Assembly (NCBI GenBank): GCA_019113065.1
Contig: DXIC01000072.1
Location: 1 to 51,905, forward strand
Length of the DNA stretch: 51,905 bases
Reading direction: 5' to 3'
Source: Candidatus Agathobaculum stercoravium
GTDB lineage: Bacteria; Bacillota; Clostridia; Oscillospirales; Butyricicoccaceae
Numbering within the stretch: position 1 is the first letter of the stretch; the number at the start of each line of letters is the position of its first letter. The translations under genes and the position numbers were made by a program. The notes below the pieces were generated by a model. It was not told the DNA's origin. It did no database searches and saw only the letters and a program-made list of their open reading frames with translations. This document shows positions 26,520 through 36,836 of this stretch, one piece after another.

Positions 26520-27098
26520 TTATGTTTCCCGGTATTCTGTCACCTGGATTGTCAGTACGCGCGTGCCGTCCGCATACAGTTCGGCATACACCGGCTGCAA
26601 TCCCTGCCTGGTCAGCCATACCTGTTTTTCGATTTTCCCATCCTCACTGTCATACTCGTATTTGAGAACAGCCAGCTCCGTGCCCGAAGCGCTCTCGCTC
26701 CAAACCTGCGCCGGCTCGCCCGTCCGCAGGTCGTCCAGCAGGCAGAACATCGCGTCCGCCGGGGTCAGGCCGGTGCGCTGCGGCATTGCATCATCCAGCG
26801 ACAGGCCATCGTATTGCAGCGTAAACGAAGCACTGCCCGTCCCGGCAATCGTACCGCCGATGCCGGAAAGCGATTCAGGCGCGGTGATGGTAAAGGAATC
26901 GGTATCCTCTTTATTATAAACGTAATCCATTTCGTATTCCAGTACAGATTGCCCCAGATCGGATAAAATTTTCAGATGCGCCTCAAATCCGGGGAGCGCA
27001 TCAAAATGCGCGCGCACGGCTTCACCATCCGTCTGTGCGCCGCCGCAGCCGCTAAGCAATACTGCAAGCAGCATTGACATACAGAGAACCCGCTTCAG
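26520..27098 (-). CDS. Lipoprotein, LolA-fold / YdcC-like, probable CTG start
   Basis: Lipobox LSGC preceded by a KR-hydrophobic stretch; GGAG 7 nt before the CTG; position between nnrD and alr matches the Firmicute gene order. Confidence 0.7.
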   Translation of the reverse strand: MKRVLCMSMLLAVLLSGCGGAQTDGEAVRAHFDALPGFEAHLKILSDLGQSVLEYEMDYVYNKEDTDSFTITAPESLSGIGGTIAGTGSASFTLQYDGLSLDDAMPQRTGLTPADAMFCLLDDLRTGEPAQVWSESASGTELAVLKYEYDSEDGKIEKQVWLTRQGLQPVYAELYADGTRVLTIQVTEYRET

Positions 27099-27099
27099 G

Positions 27100-27966
27100 T
27101 CACCACTCCCTTGTGTTGTATCGTTTGAGCAGCGTAGGCAGCAGCCGCAGCATGTCACTCGGCGTCATCCCGTATTCGCTCAGCGCATTTGCCGCGAGAT
27201 CCCCTGCCCGGCCGTGCAGCCATGCGGCGGCACATGCCGCATGCACTGCCGGGATGCCCTGCCCGCAAAGCGACACCAGCATGCCCGCCAGCACATCCCC
27301 GCTGCCGCCCTTCGCCATACCCGGATTGCCGGAATGGTTGCGGTACAGCGCCCCGTCCGGTGCAGCAATCATCGTACGGTGCCCCTTATAAAGCACGATA
27401 CAGTTATATTTGCGTGCAAACAGCGTCAGCTCAGCCGGGTTGGGGTTTTCAATGCCGGACAACCGTGCAAACTCACCGCCATGCGGCGTCAGGATAACCG
27501 GCATTGCTGCCTGCTGTAATATATCCTTATGCGCGCCGATCGCATTTATGCCATCCGCATCCAGCACGATCTGGCATTTCGCATGACGGAGCAGCGCCAG
27601 CACAACCTCTGCCACTGCGTATGAACGACCCAGCCCGCAGCCGATCAGCAGCGCATCCGCCCGTTCTGCAAGCGGCAGCAGCGCGGGCAGCGCCTCGCGG
27701 GAGAACATTCCGTCTGCGCCGCACGGCATGGGCCGCACCACCGGCTCATTCAGCTTGACCGCCAGCACCGGCCACGCCTTTTCCGGTGCGGCAAGCGTCA
27801 CCACGCCGCTGCCCATGCGTACTGCGCCCTGCGCGGCAAAATACGCCGCGCCCGTATACCCCGCCGAGCCGCAAACGCACAGCACACGGCCAAAAGCATT
27901 CTTATTCGCCTCCGGGTCGCGCCGGGGCATGATCCCATCTACAAAACCCTGATCGATCTCTGTCAT
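27100..27966 (-). CDS. nnrD: ADP-dependent NAD(P)H-hydrate dehydratase (no epimerase domain)
   Basis: GS-GYTGAA, GCGLG, LDADGIN, LTPHGGEF, KG, GNPGMAKGGSGDVLAG and HGRAGD motifs; start 27966 (or 27984). Confidence 0.92.
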   Translation of the reverse strand: MTEIDQGFVDGIMPRRDPEANKNAFGRVLCVCGSAGYTGAAYFAAQGAVRMGSGVVTLAAPEKAWPVLAVKLNEPVVRPMPCGADGMFSREALPALLPLAERADALLIGCGLGRSYAVAEVVLALLRHAKCQIVLDADGINAIGAHKDILQQAAMPVILTPHGGEFARLSGIENPNPAELTLFARKYNCIVLYKGHRTMIAAPDGALYRNHSGNPGMAKGGSGDVLAGMLVSLCGQGIPAVHAACAAAWLHGRAGDLAANALSEYGMTPSDMLRLLPTLLKRYNTREW

Positions 27967-28101
27967 GGCAATTGTCCTTTCCATGTAGCCTGCTGCATCC
28001 TCATTTTTGCTGTGTACAGCATAGCATTTCCTCCTGCCGCCGTCAAGCGGCCGTGTCCGCCCCTTCCCTCGCTGAATAAACTGAACCGAGGAGGTGATTT
28101 T

Positions 28102-28674
28102 TTGGCGATCCGTATCTTTATTGATCAGGGGCACAATCCCAGCGGCCCCAACACCGGCGCAGAAGGCAACGGCCTGCGCGAACAGGACGTCAACTATATT
28201 GTCGGCGTCTATCTGGCGGATATGCTGCGCGCTGACCCGCGTTTCGACGTGCGGCTGAGCCGCAATTCGCCCACCGAGATCCTTGGGACGAGCAATGCGA
28301 CCAGCCTTGCGGCGCGTGTCAGCATGGCAAACAGCTGGCCTGCGGACTACTTTATCAGCATCCACTGCAATTCCAATGTCAACCCGGCCATCAACGGCAG
28401 CGAGGTTTATGTTTACCGGCAGAATACGCAGGCCTACTGGCTTGCCCAGCATGTATTAAACGGCATTGTCGCCCGTATGGGCACAAAGGATAATGGCGTG
28501 CGGCTCAACCCCAGCCTGTATGTGCTGCGCCGCACCAACATGCCCGCCATTCTGGTCGAACTGGCCTACCTGAGCAACACCGCCGACGCGCAGAAGCTCC
28601 GCGACGACCCATATGGCTTCGCGCAGGGTATTTATAACGGCCTGCTCAGCTATTTCGGGTTTGCCCCGGTATAA
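28102..28674 (+). CDS. N-acetylmuramoyl-L-alanine amidase (Amidase_3, catalytic domain only)
   Basis: IDQGH, EQDVN, SLAARV, ISIHCN, LYVLR and AILVELAYLSN motifs; TTG after GGAGG; no signal peptide seen. Confidence 0.9.
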   Translation: MAIRIFIDQGHNPSGPNTGAEGNGLREQDVNYIVGVYLADMLRADPRFDVRLSRNSPTEILGTSNATSLAARVSMANSWPADYFISIHCNSNVNPAINGSEVYVYRQNTQAYWLAQHVLNGIVARMGTKDNGVRLNPSLYVLRRTNMPAILVELAYLSNTADAQKLRDDPYGFAQGIYNGLLSYFGFAPV

Positions 28675-28675
28675 C

Positions 28676-28706
28676 AAAAAGGTCTTGCCGCATGGCAAGA
28701 CCTTTT
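28676..28706. terminator. Bidirectional terminator
   Basis: AAAAGGTCTTGCC-gcat-GGCAAGACCTTTT. Confidence 0.85.
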
Positions 28707-28718
28707 CTGATATACCAT

Positions 28719-29432
28719 TCAAAAGCCACCGTTTACGCCGAGTACCTGGCCGGTGATGAATGAAGCGTGTTCCGAGCAAAGGTACAGGATGCTGTCTGCA
28801 ACCTCCCCTGCAGTACCAATGCGGCCGAGCGGCGTTTCTGCCGCCAGCTCCTGCATGGTTTCCCGGCTGTGCATGGCGTTCATATCCGTGTCGATCACGC
28901 CGGGCGCAACGCAGTTTACCCGGATGCCGGACGGCCCGAGTTCGAGCGCCAGCGATTTTGTCAGCCCGATGAGCGCCGCCTTGCTCGCCGCATAGTGGCT
29001 CTCACAGGATGCGCCGGCCTGTCCCCAGACCGAGGACACGGTGACAATGCTGCCGTGTTTGCGGTGCAGCATACCGGGCAGGCAGGCGCGTATGGTGCGC
29101 ACCGTCCCCATCAGGTTGATATCCAGCATGCGCTGCCAGTCTTCGTCCGTGATATCCTGGAACATCTTCTGCTCGGCAATACCCGCATTGCATACAACGG
29201 CATCGATTGCGCCGAAATGCCCCAGCGCTTCCCCGGCTGCACGGCTGACTGCCATGCTTTCGTGCTGGTCTGCACTGAGCGGGAGCGCGCCGGTCTCTTC
29301 CGCAAGCGCCCCTGCCAATTCGCGGTTTGCGCGATAGGTAAACGCCACGTTCCAGCCCGCTTCAGCAAACGTGCGCACACATGCCGCACCGATGCCGCGC
29401 GAGCCGCCTGTGATGAAAACAGTCTCCGGCAT
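28719..29432 (-). CDS. FabG-like short-chain dehydrogenase/reductase, YmfI/EfpI-like
   Basis: TGGSRGIG, NAG, SSVWG, GASCESHYAASK (YxxxK) and APGVIDTDMN; the GASCE motif resembles YmfI. Confidence 0.85.
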   Translation of the reverse strand: MPETVFITGGSRGIGAACVRTFAEAGWNVAFTYRANRELAGALAEETGALPLSADQHESMAVSRAAGEALGHFGAIDAVVCNAGIAEQKMFQDITDEDWQRMLDINLMGTVRTIRACLPGMLHRKHGSIVTVSSVWGQAGASCESHYAASKAALIGLTKSLALELGPSGIRVNCVAPGVIDTDMNAMHSRETMQELAAETPLGRIGTAGEVADSILYLCSEHASFITGQVLGVNGGF

Positions 29433-30406
29433 CAGATGGCAACCGTCTGCTGCGCCTCAAACAGGCACTGGTTCAGGTCCTTCTGGCGGGACAGCCCTTC
29501 CTCAATGTCGAGGTCGGTCACCTGGTTATTGTCAAATACGACAACGCGGTTGGTCTTGCCTTCCATCAGTGCGCGCACCGCCGCATAGCCCATGCGGGTC
29601 GCCATGACACGGTCCTGCGCCGTGGGGGAGCCGCCGCGCTGGATATGGCCCAGGATGGTCACGCGGGTGTCAATGCCGGTGGCTTCGTGGATATGGTCGG
29701 CAACCTCCTGCGCGGAGCCGTAACCTTCCGCCACAATGATGATATGGTGGTTGCGGCCCTTGATGCGGCCAATACGCATTTTCTCTACAATATCCACGTC
29801 AAAATCCAGTTCACGCTCCGGCAGGCAGATAGCGGTCGCGCCTACCGCACAGCCGACGTGCAGCGCCAGATGGCCCGCGCGGCGACCCATGACCTCGACG
29901 ACCGAGCAGCGCTCGTGCGACTGCATGGTATCGCGCAGCTTGTCGATGCATTCGATGGCCGTGTTGCAGGCGGTATCGAAACCGATCGTGTAGTCCGTGC
30001 AGACGATGTCGTTGTCGATCGTGCCGGGTACACCGATGCACGGCACGCCCTTGCGGGACAGCGCCTGCGCGCCGCGGAACGTACCGTCGCCGCCGCAGCA
30101 GATCAGGCCGTCAATACCGAGATACTTGCAGGTGTCCGCCGCCTTTTGCAGGCCTTCCTCGGTCAGCATCTCCTTGCAGCGCGCGGTATACAGCATGGTG
30201 CCGCCGCGGCGGATGATGCCGTCCACGCTGCGCGCGCCCATCTCGATGATATCGCCGTTGATCAGGCCGCTGTAACCGCGGCGGATGCCGAGCACGGAGA
30301 TGTCATACGCCGACGCCGTGCGGACGACCGAACGGATCACCGCATTCATGCCGGGTGCGTCGCCGCCGCTGGTGAGTATGCCGATTCTTCGAATTTGCTT
30401 ATCCAT
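29432..30406 (-). CDS. pfkA: ATP-dependent 6-phosphofructokinase
   Basis: TSGGDAPGMN, GGDGT, PGTIDND, EVMGR and LGHIQRGG motifs. Confidence 0.97.
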   Translation of the reverse strand: MDKQIRRIGILTSGGDAPGMNAVIRSVVRTASAYDISVLGIRRGYSGLINGDIIEMGARSVDGIIRRGGTMLYTARCKEMLTEEGLQKAADTCKYLGIDGLICCGGDGTFRGAQALSRKGVPCIGVPGTIDNDIVCTDYTIGFDTACNTAIECIDKLRDTMQSHERCSVVEVMGRRAGHLALHVGCAVGATAICLPERELDFDVDIVEKMRIGRIKGRNHHIIIVAEGYGSAQEVADHIHEATGIDTRVTILGHIQRGGSPTAQDRVMATRMGYAAVRALMEGKTNRVVVFDNNQVTDLDIEEGLSRQKDLNQCLFEAQQTVAI

Positions 30407-30461
30407 ATTGAGCCTCCCTGTATCGGTTGCCAAGTTCTCCCCACGAATCAAAATGATCCTC

Positions 30462-33400
30462 TTATTGCATTATAACATTTTCTCCGCCCAAGAGGAAGCG
30501 TAATTTTTCCAAAAGCGGAACATCCGCCCGGCACCAGAATTCCCGCTTTGCCAGCGTCTTCTTTCTGGTATCCGTCGGATACAGATAGACCGGCGTATCG
30601 CCCGGCTGGGCCAGCAGGATTGCCTTGATATGCGGCCATTCATCGCTCTTCATGCTGCTGATGCGTAAAAACAGCTTCTGCGGCGCGAGTTTTGCCGCCT
30701 GCTGGTCGGTGTAAACCGACTTCTGCGGATGCTCCCTGTCCAGTGTGCTGTCCACTGCGCTCTCGCTCAGCGGCTGCGCTTCGTTCAGCAGCACCTTGGG
30801 CGCTTCGTCCTCGCGTGCATCGATCCGCCCGGTAAGCAGCACCGCGCTGTCCTCGGTCAGATACGCGCCGCACTGCTGCAAGGAGCGCGGGAACACGACC
30901 AGTTCGATCGATGCGGACTCGTCCTCCACGGTCACATACGCCATCATCGACCCGTTCTTCGTTGATTTGAGCCGCACGGCCGTGATAACGCATGCCAGCC
31001 GCACGGTCATGCCGTCCTTATACGCCGGCTGCGCGCTCTCGCCGGACAGATCGTCGATGATCTGCCGGATCGAGGCCGCGCTGGCCCTTTTGGCAAGATC
31101 CCGGTATTCGTCCATCGGGTGCCCGGACAGGTACAGCCCGGTCGTCTCCTTTTCCATGGACAGCAGCTCGCGTTTGGACACCTCAGGGATGTCCGGCAGG
31201 GCGATCTGGGTATCCTGTACCGCATCATTGCCCATGCCGAACAGGTCCATCTGCCCTTCGATGTTCTTTTTGCGGCTCTGTGCGATTGCATCCACCACTG
31301 CGTTCGTGATCTTGAGCAGCTGGCTGCGGCGATAGCCCATGGAGTCGAACGAGCCCGCCTTGATCATGCTTTCCAGTGCGCGGCGGTTCAGCTCACGGTC
31401 GTACATGCGCTCGCAGAAATCCTGAAAGGAGGAAAACAGGCCGTTTTCCTCGCGCTCCTCCACGAGCTGCTTCATAAAGGAACGCCCGACGCCCTTGACC
31501 GCCGCGAGGCCGAAACGGATGTCCTGTCCGGACACGGAAAAGCCGTCAAAGGATTCGTTTACGTCAGGCGGCAGCACGGAAATACCCATTTCACGCGCCG
31601 CCTGAATATACTCGGAGATCTTGTCCGATGAGTCAAGCACGCTGGTCAGGAGAGCGGCCATATATTCGCGCGGGTAATGGCACTTGAGGTAGGCCGTGCG
31701 GAAGGATACGACCGCATAGCACACGGCGTGCGCCTTGTTGAAGGCGTAGTTGGCGAAGTCCATGATCTCGTCGAACAGGCTTGCTGCAACGCTTTCCGGC
31801 ACGCCTCGCTTGACCGCGCCGTCTATCCCGAGTTCCTCGTTGCCGTGGATGAAGTTGACACGCTCCTTTTCGAGCTCCTTCATCTTCTTTTTGCTCATCG
31901 CGCGGCGCACCATATCCGCCTTGCCGAGCGAGTAGCCCGCGAGCGACTGGAACACCTGCATGACCTGTTCCTGATAGATCATGCACCCATAGGTGACTTT
32001 CAGGATCGGCTCGAGCAGCGGATGCTTATAGGTCACCTTTTCCGGGTGATGGCGGCACTCGATGTAGCGCGGGATGGATTGCATCGGTCCCGGGCGGTAC
32101 AGCGCCACCACCGCGGTGATGTCTTCAATCGACTGCGGCTGCAAGCCGGTGACGACATTCGTGATGCCCGCCGATTCCAGCTGGAACACGCCCATGGTCG
32201 AGCCGCGGCCGAGCATCTCATAGGTGGCCTTGTCGTTCATGTCCACCTTTTCGATATTGAAGTCCGGTGTGTGGCGGCGGATCATCTTTTCCGCGTCCGC
32301 GATGACCGTCAGGTTGCGCAGGCCAAGGAAGTCCATTTTTAAGAGGCCCAGCTCCTCGAGCGTGGTCATGGTAAACTGGGTGACCATCTGCTCGTCGTTG
32401 CGGGCGAGCGGCACATAGGTATCGACCGGGTCCTTGGTAATAACAACGCCCGCCGCGTGCGTGGAAGCATGGCGCGGCATGCCCTCAAGAGCGCGCGCAG
32501 TATCGATCAGCTCGCGCACCTGCGGCTGCTCGTCGTACATCTTTTTCAGTTCCGGATTGATCGCAAGCGCCTTGTCGATCGTGATGTGCAGTTCGTTCGG
32601 CACCTGCTTGGCGACCACGTCGACCTCATTATACGGGATGTTGAGCGCCCGTCCCACGTCGCGGATCGAGTTGCGCGCCGCCATGGTGCCGAAGGTGACG
32701 ATCTGCGCCACGCGATCCTTGCCGTATTTGTTGGTTACATATTCGATGACCTCGGGCCGGCGCACATAGCAGAAGTCCACGTCGATATCCGGCATGGAAA
32801 CGCGCTCCGGGTTGAGGAAGCGTTCAAAATACAGCGAATAGTGGATCGGGTCAAGGTCGGTGATGCCCAGGCAATAGGACACGATCGACCCTGCCGCCGA
32901 ACCGCGCCCCGGGCCGACCGGGATCCCCTGCCGTTTGGCATAGCCGATAAAGTCGGACACGATCAAAAAGTAGTCCACAAAGCCCATCTTGGAGATCATA
33001 TCGATCTCGTATTGCAGGCGCTTGCGCACCGTGCCGTCGTCGTCCGGATAGCGGGCGGCAAAGCCCTCATCGCACAGCTTTTGCAGGTATTCGAGCGAGG
33101 TGTAACCCTCGGGCACATCAAATTCCGGCAGGTGGTATTTGCCGAACTCAAACTCGACCTGGCAGCGCTCCGCGATTTTGACCGTGTTTTCGAGCGCCTC
33201 CGGGTGGTCGGGGAACAGCGCGGCCATCTCGTCCGCGTCCTTGATGTAAAACTCCTGCGTCTCGAATTTCATGCGCGTGGGGTCGTCCACCGTCTTACCC
33301 ATCTGGATGCACATGAGCACGTCCTGTATTTTGGCATCCTTTTTGGTCAGATAATGCGCGTCGTTCGTGGCGACGAGGCCGATATTCAGTTCCTCTGCGA

Positions 33401-33977
33401 GCTTGTACAGCCCGTCGTTTACCTTTTTCTGCTCCTCGATGCCGTGATCCTGCACTTCCAGATAAAAGTGGTCACGGTCGAAGATCTCGAGGAAGTCCTC
33501 GCACAGCTCGTACGCGCCGTCCATATCCCCTTCCGCCAGCGCGCGCGGGATTGCGCCCGCGAGACACGCGGACAGGCAGATCAGGCCTTCGCTGTGCCGC
33601 CGCAGCAGTTCCATATCGATGCGCGGCTTCATATAGAAGCCCTCGGAAAAGCCGAGCGACACCATGTGGATCAGGTTGCGGTAGCCGGTCATGTTTTCGC
33701 ACAGCAGGATCAGATGGCTGTGCCACTCGCCGTTTACATAGCTGCGGTCAAAGCGCGAGTGCGGCGCAAGGTACACCTCGCAGCCGATGACCGGATGGAT
33801 GCCCTTGGCTTTGCAGGCGCGGTAAAAGTCGATCACGCCGTACATGACGCCGTGGTCGGTCAGCGCGCAGGCGGTCTGGCCCAGCTCTGCCACGCGATCA
33901 ACAAGGCCTTCGATGCGGCACGCACCGTCCAGCAGGCTGTATTCGCTATGCACATGCAGATGCGCAAATGGTACCAT
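30462..33977 (-). CDS. dnaE: DNA polymerase III alpha subunit
   Basis: HLHVHSEYSLLDG PHP domain, GRGSAAGS, ERVSMPDIDVDF, LLKMDFLGL, YAFNKAH and an OB-fold C-terminus; no intein seen. Confidence 0.98.
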   Translation of the reverse strand: MVPFAHLHVHSEYSLLDGACRIEGLVDRVAELGQTACALTDHGVMYGVIDFYRACKAKGIHPVIGCEVYLAPHSRFDRSYVNGEWHSHLILLCENMTGYRNLIHMVSLGFSEGFYMKPRIDMELLRRHSEGLICLSACLAGAIPRALAEGDMDGAYELCEDFLEIFDRDHFYLEVQDHGIEEQKKVNDGLYKLAEELNIGLVATNDAHYLTKKDAKIQDVLMCIQMGKTVDDPTRMKFETQEFYIKDADEMAALFPDHPEALENTVKIAERCQVEFEFGKYHLPEFDVPEGYTSLEYLQKLCDEGFAARYPDDDGTVRKRLQYEIDMISKMGFVDYFLIVSDFIGYAKRQGIPVGPGRGSAAGSIVSYCLGITDLDPIHYSLYFERFLNPERVSMPDIDVDFCYVRRPEVIEYVTNKYGKDRVAQIVTFGTMAARNSIRDVGRALNIPYNEVDVVAKQVPNELHITIDKALAINPELKKMYDEQPQVRELIDTARALEGMPRHASTHAAGVVITKDPVDTYVPLARNDEQMVTQFTMTTLEELGLLKMDFLGLRNLTVIADAEKMIRRHTPDFNIEKVDMNDKATYEMLGRGSTMGVFQLESAGITNVVTGLQPQSIEDITAVVALYRPGPMQSIPRYIECRHHPEKVTYKHPLLEPILKVTYGCMIYQEQVMQVFQSLAGYSLGKADMVRRAMSKKKMKELEKERVNFIHGNEELGIDGAVKRGVPESVAASLFDEIMDFANYAFNKAHAVCYAVVSFRTAYLKCHYPREYMAALLTSVLDSSDKISEYIQAAREMGISVLPPDVNESFDGFSVSGQDIRFGLAAVKGVGRSFMKQLVEEREENGLFSSFQDFCERMYDRELNRRALESMIKAGSFDSMGYRRSQLLKITNAVVDAIAQSRKKNIEGQMDLFGMGNDAVQDTQIALPDIPEVSKRELLSMEKETTGLYLSGHPMDEYRDLAKRASAASIRQIIDDLSGESAQPAYKDGMTVRLACVITAVRLKSTKNGSMMAYVTVEDESASIELVVFPRSLQQCGAYLTEDSAVLLTGRIDAREDEAPKVLLNEAQPLSESAVDSTLDREHPQKSVYTDQQAAKLAPQKLFLRISSMKSDEWPHIKAILLAQPGDTPVYLYPTDTRKKTLAKREFWCRADVPLLEKLRFLLGGENVIMQ

Positions 33978-34871
33978 TTAATCCTCCTTTGACGCAAGCT
34001 CAATGATTTTTTTCAGCCGGTGGCTCAGCCCCGGTTTGGAGATCGGCGGTTCGAACCGCTGCGCCAGCTCCGCAAGGCTGTCGGTCGGGTATTCCAGCCG
34101 CAGACGCACGGTTTCGCGCAGGCTTTCCGGGAAACCTTCCTCGCCGTGCGTATCCAGCACCGCACGGATCGCGGCGATCTGCCGCGCAGAGGCATCCGCG
34201 GCTTTCACAAGGTTCGCGGTCTCGCAGTTGACCTGCCGGTTGATCGTATTGCGGATATTTTTCTCCACCTTTGCCTCCATCAGCTCCATTGCCGCGTGCG
34301 GCGCGCCGATGCGGGTCAAAAAGTCCTCCACGCTTGTCCCGTCTTTAAAATACAGGATATACGCGCTCCCGCGCCGCATCTGCTTGGGCGAAAGCCCAAG
34401 GTCGAGCAGCAGGCTGACCTCCTCACCGGAAAGGCTCTGGTGGGTGGTCTTCAGCTCCAGATGGCTCTTTTTATCCGGCCCCGCCACCGTCCCCGCCATC
34501 AGGAACACGCCGCGCAGGAAGGAAGCGATACAGCAGTCCTCCTCGAGCACATTGCGGTTGAGGTGGTAGGTGATATGGCTTTTGCAGTCGTATCCGAGCG
34601 CATCAAAAATGCGGCCGATCTGCGCCGCTTCCGTGATGGTCAGCTGGATCTTGCGCCCCACGCGCTGCGGCTCGCAGGCGACAAAAAACGCACGCTGGAG
34701 CAGCGCCTGCAAGCGGCGCGCGACAGCGGCGTTTTCGGTGGAAAGCCGGATCTCCCTATGGGAAAACACCGAGGCATGCAGCAGCGCGCCGTATATTTCC
34801 GCACGCGTGCAGCATGCCCGCTGCATGGAAACGCGGCACAGCTCGTTTTTTACCTCGGTTGAAAAAGACAT
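33978..34871 (-). CDS. whiA: DNA-binding protein WhiA
   Basis: MSFSTEVKNEL, FLRGVFL, NRQVNCETANL and SKPGLSHRL motifs. Confidence 0.93.
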   Translation of the reverse strand: MSFSTEVKNELCRVSMQRACCTRAEIYGALLHASVFSHREIRLSTENAAVARRLQALLQRAFFVACEPQRVGRKIQLTITEAAQIGRIFDALGYDCKSHITYHLNRNVLEEDCCIASFLRGVFLMAGTVAGPDKKSHLELKTTHQSLSGEEVSLLLDLGLSPKQMRRGSAYILYFKDGTSVEDFLTRIGAPHAAMELMEAKVEKNIRNTINRQVNCETANLVKAADASARQIAAIRAVLDTHGEEGFPESLRETVRLRLEYPTDSLAELAQRFEPPISKPGLSHRLKKIIELASKED

Positions 34872-34895
34872 GTATTGGGGTCTCCGTTCTCCTGT

Positions 34896-35753
34896 TTATC
34901 TCTGATAATCGCGGTGCATCGTGACGACACCGTACTCGCGGCCGCGCAGATGCTCGCTGAGCGCTTCGGCGATTGCAACCGAGCGGTGCTTGCCGCCCGT
35001 GCAGCCAATACTGATGATCAGGTTGGATTTGCCCTCCGCCATGTAACGCGGCAGCAAAAAGTCGATCATGGTAGTCAGGTGCCCCATCAGCACATCCGCC
35101 GTGCCGCCCTGGAACACATAATCGCGCACATCCGGGTCAGTGCCATTCTTTTCGCGCAGGCTCATCTCGTAATATGGGTTGGGCAGGAACCGCACGTCGA
35201 ACACCAGGTCGGACTCGGGCGGGATGCCGTACTTGAAGCCGAACGACTGCACGATCACCTCGAATGCGCCGCCGTTGTCCGTTCCTGCAAACAGCGTGAG
35301 CAGCCGCTCGCGCAGGCCCGCGGCGGACAGGCCGGTCGTATCGACCACAAAATCCGCGCGGTTGCGCAGGGCCGCAAGCATATCGCGCTCCTTTTCAATC
35401 GCTGCCGTCATCGGGATACCCTTTTCCATCAGGGGATGCTTGCGGCGCGTCTCCTTGAAGCGGCGGATCAGCGTCGGCGTATCCGTATCCAGGAACAGGA
35501 TGCGGTAATCGCACCCCATATCCTTGATGGAGTCCAGCGAGTCGAACAGCTGCTGGAAGTCGCCGCCCGCGCGCACATCCGTGACGAGCGCGACACGTTC
35601 GTACCGCTCGGTCGCGGCAAGACAGATCTCGGCAAAGCGCGGGATCAGCGCGATGGGCAGGTTATCCACGCAATAATAACCCAAGTCTTCAAATGTGGCA
35701 ACCGCACGGCTTTTGCCCGCGCCGGACATGCCGGAAACAATCAGAAAATACAT
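34896..35753 (-). CDS. rapZ: RNase adapter RapZ/YvcJ
   Basis: SGMSGAGKS, VDNLP, SFGFKYG, DVRFLPNP and GCTGGKHRS motifs. Confidence 0.96.
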   Translation of the reverse strand: MYFLIVSGMSGAGKSRAVATFEDLGYYCVDNLPIALIPRFAEICLAATERYERVALVTDVRAGGDFQQLFDSLDSIKDMGCDYRILFLDTDTPTLIRRFKETRRKHPLMEKGIPMTAAIEKERDMLAALRNRADFVVDTTGLSAAGLRERLLTLFAGTDNGGAFEVIVQSFGFKYGIPPESDLVFDVRFLPNPYYEMSLREKNGTDPDVRDYVFQGGTADVLMGHLTTMIDFLLPRYMAEGKSNLIISIGCTGGKHRSVAIAEALSEHLRGREYGVVTMHRDYQR

Positions 35754-35782
35754 AACCTATCCCCCTGCCCATGAAAAACCGT

Positions 35783-36697
35783 TTATCGAATGATGCGGAC
35801 CTCGCATTCCAGCTGCACGCCGAACTGCTCGCGCACCCGCTGCTGCACCAGCTCGATCAGGCGCAGCATATCGTCGCAGGTCGCGCCGCCGCGGTTGATC
35901 AAAAAGCCCGCGTGCTTCTCCGAAACCTGCGCTGCGCCGACCGAAACGCCTTTCAGCCCCGCGTCCTCAATCAGCCGTCCGGCAAAATGCCCTTCCGGGC
36001 GTTTGAACGTCGAGCCCGCAGACGGGAAATTGAGCGGCTGCTTGTCGCGCCGGCGCTGTGCGAAGTCGTTCATTTTATCCAGAATCGCGGCCGGGTCGCC
36101 CTGCTGCAACCGCAGCGTCGAGCGGACGACCGTCCAGTCCGGATGCGCGCGGAATACGCTGCGGCGGTAGCCGAAATGGTGCTCCTCCCCAGTCAGGGTG
36201 TGCAGTTCCCCGTTCCCGTCCAGATACTCCGTGCTCTCCACGATACCGGCCATCTGGCCGTCGTATGCGCCCGCGTTCATGAATACCGCGCCGCCGACGC
36301 TGCCCGGGATGCCGCCCGCGAACTCCGCACCGGTCAGCCCCGCACGCTGCGCCCGGCGCGCCACGCGTCCCAGCAGCGCGCCCGCCTCAGCGGTCATTGT
36401 GCAGTCGTTGCCGACGCGCACCTCGTCCAGCTCGGTCGTGCATACCACCGCACCGCGGATGCCCGCGTCCGCCACAAGCATATTCGAGCCGTTGCCCAGC
36501 AGCAGGAACGGGATCCCCCGTTCCCGGAACACGCCGAGCGTTTCCGCCAGTTCCCTGCGGGTCTTGGGCTGCACGAACAGGTCGGCCGGCCCGCCGATGG
36601 CAAACGTGGTATGGCGGCTCATGGGTTCGTCCTGCATAATATCTATATCAGGCGCGGCCTTGCGAAGTGCCGCGATGCATTCGTTTATCTGCTCCAT
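35783..36697 (-). CDS. murB: UDP-N-acetylenolpyruvoylglucosamine reductase
   Basis: HTTFAIGGPA, GNGSN, IPGSVGGAVFMNAGAY, QP..PSAGSTFKRP and SEKHAGF motifs; ATG at 36697 after GGAGG. Confidence 0.96.
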   Translation of the reverse strand: MEQINECIAALRKAAPDIDIMQDEPMSRHTTFAIGGPADLFVQPKTRRELAETLGVFRERGIPFLLLGNGSNMLVADAGIRGAVVCTTELDEVRVGNDCTMTAEAGALLGRVARRAQRAGLTGAEFAGGIPGSVGGAVFMNAGAYDGQMAGIVESTEYLDGNGELHTLTGEEHHFGYRRSVFRAHPDWTVVRSTLRLQQGDPAAILDKMNDFAQRRRDKQPLNFPSAGSTFKRPEGHFAGRLIEDAGLKGVSVGAAQVSEKHAGFLINRGGATCDDMLRLIELVQQRVREQFGVQLECEVRIIR

Positions 36698-36836
36698 CTT
36701 TTCCTCCGGATGCTCCACTACTATTTCAATCATTAACCGCAGCGGCAGGCTGACAACCATTTGCAGCGCGCCGCACAGCGGCAGTATATCAATCCCTATT
36801 CGTTATTATACCAAACCGGGCGCGAAAGTGCAAACC

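Noticed and set aside
36733-36792. 19-aa Cys-rich ORF (MIYCRCAARCKWLSACRCG) in the ~100-nt murB leader
   Set aside because: TTG start with no usable RBS spacing, the Cys codons arise from a repeated CTGCCGCTG word, and there is no attenuator or cysteine-related downstream gene.
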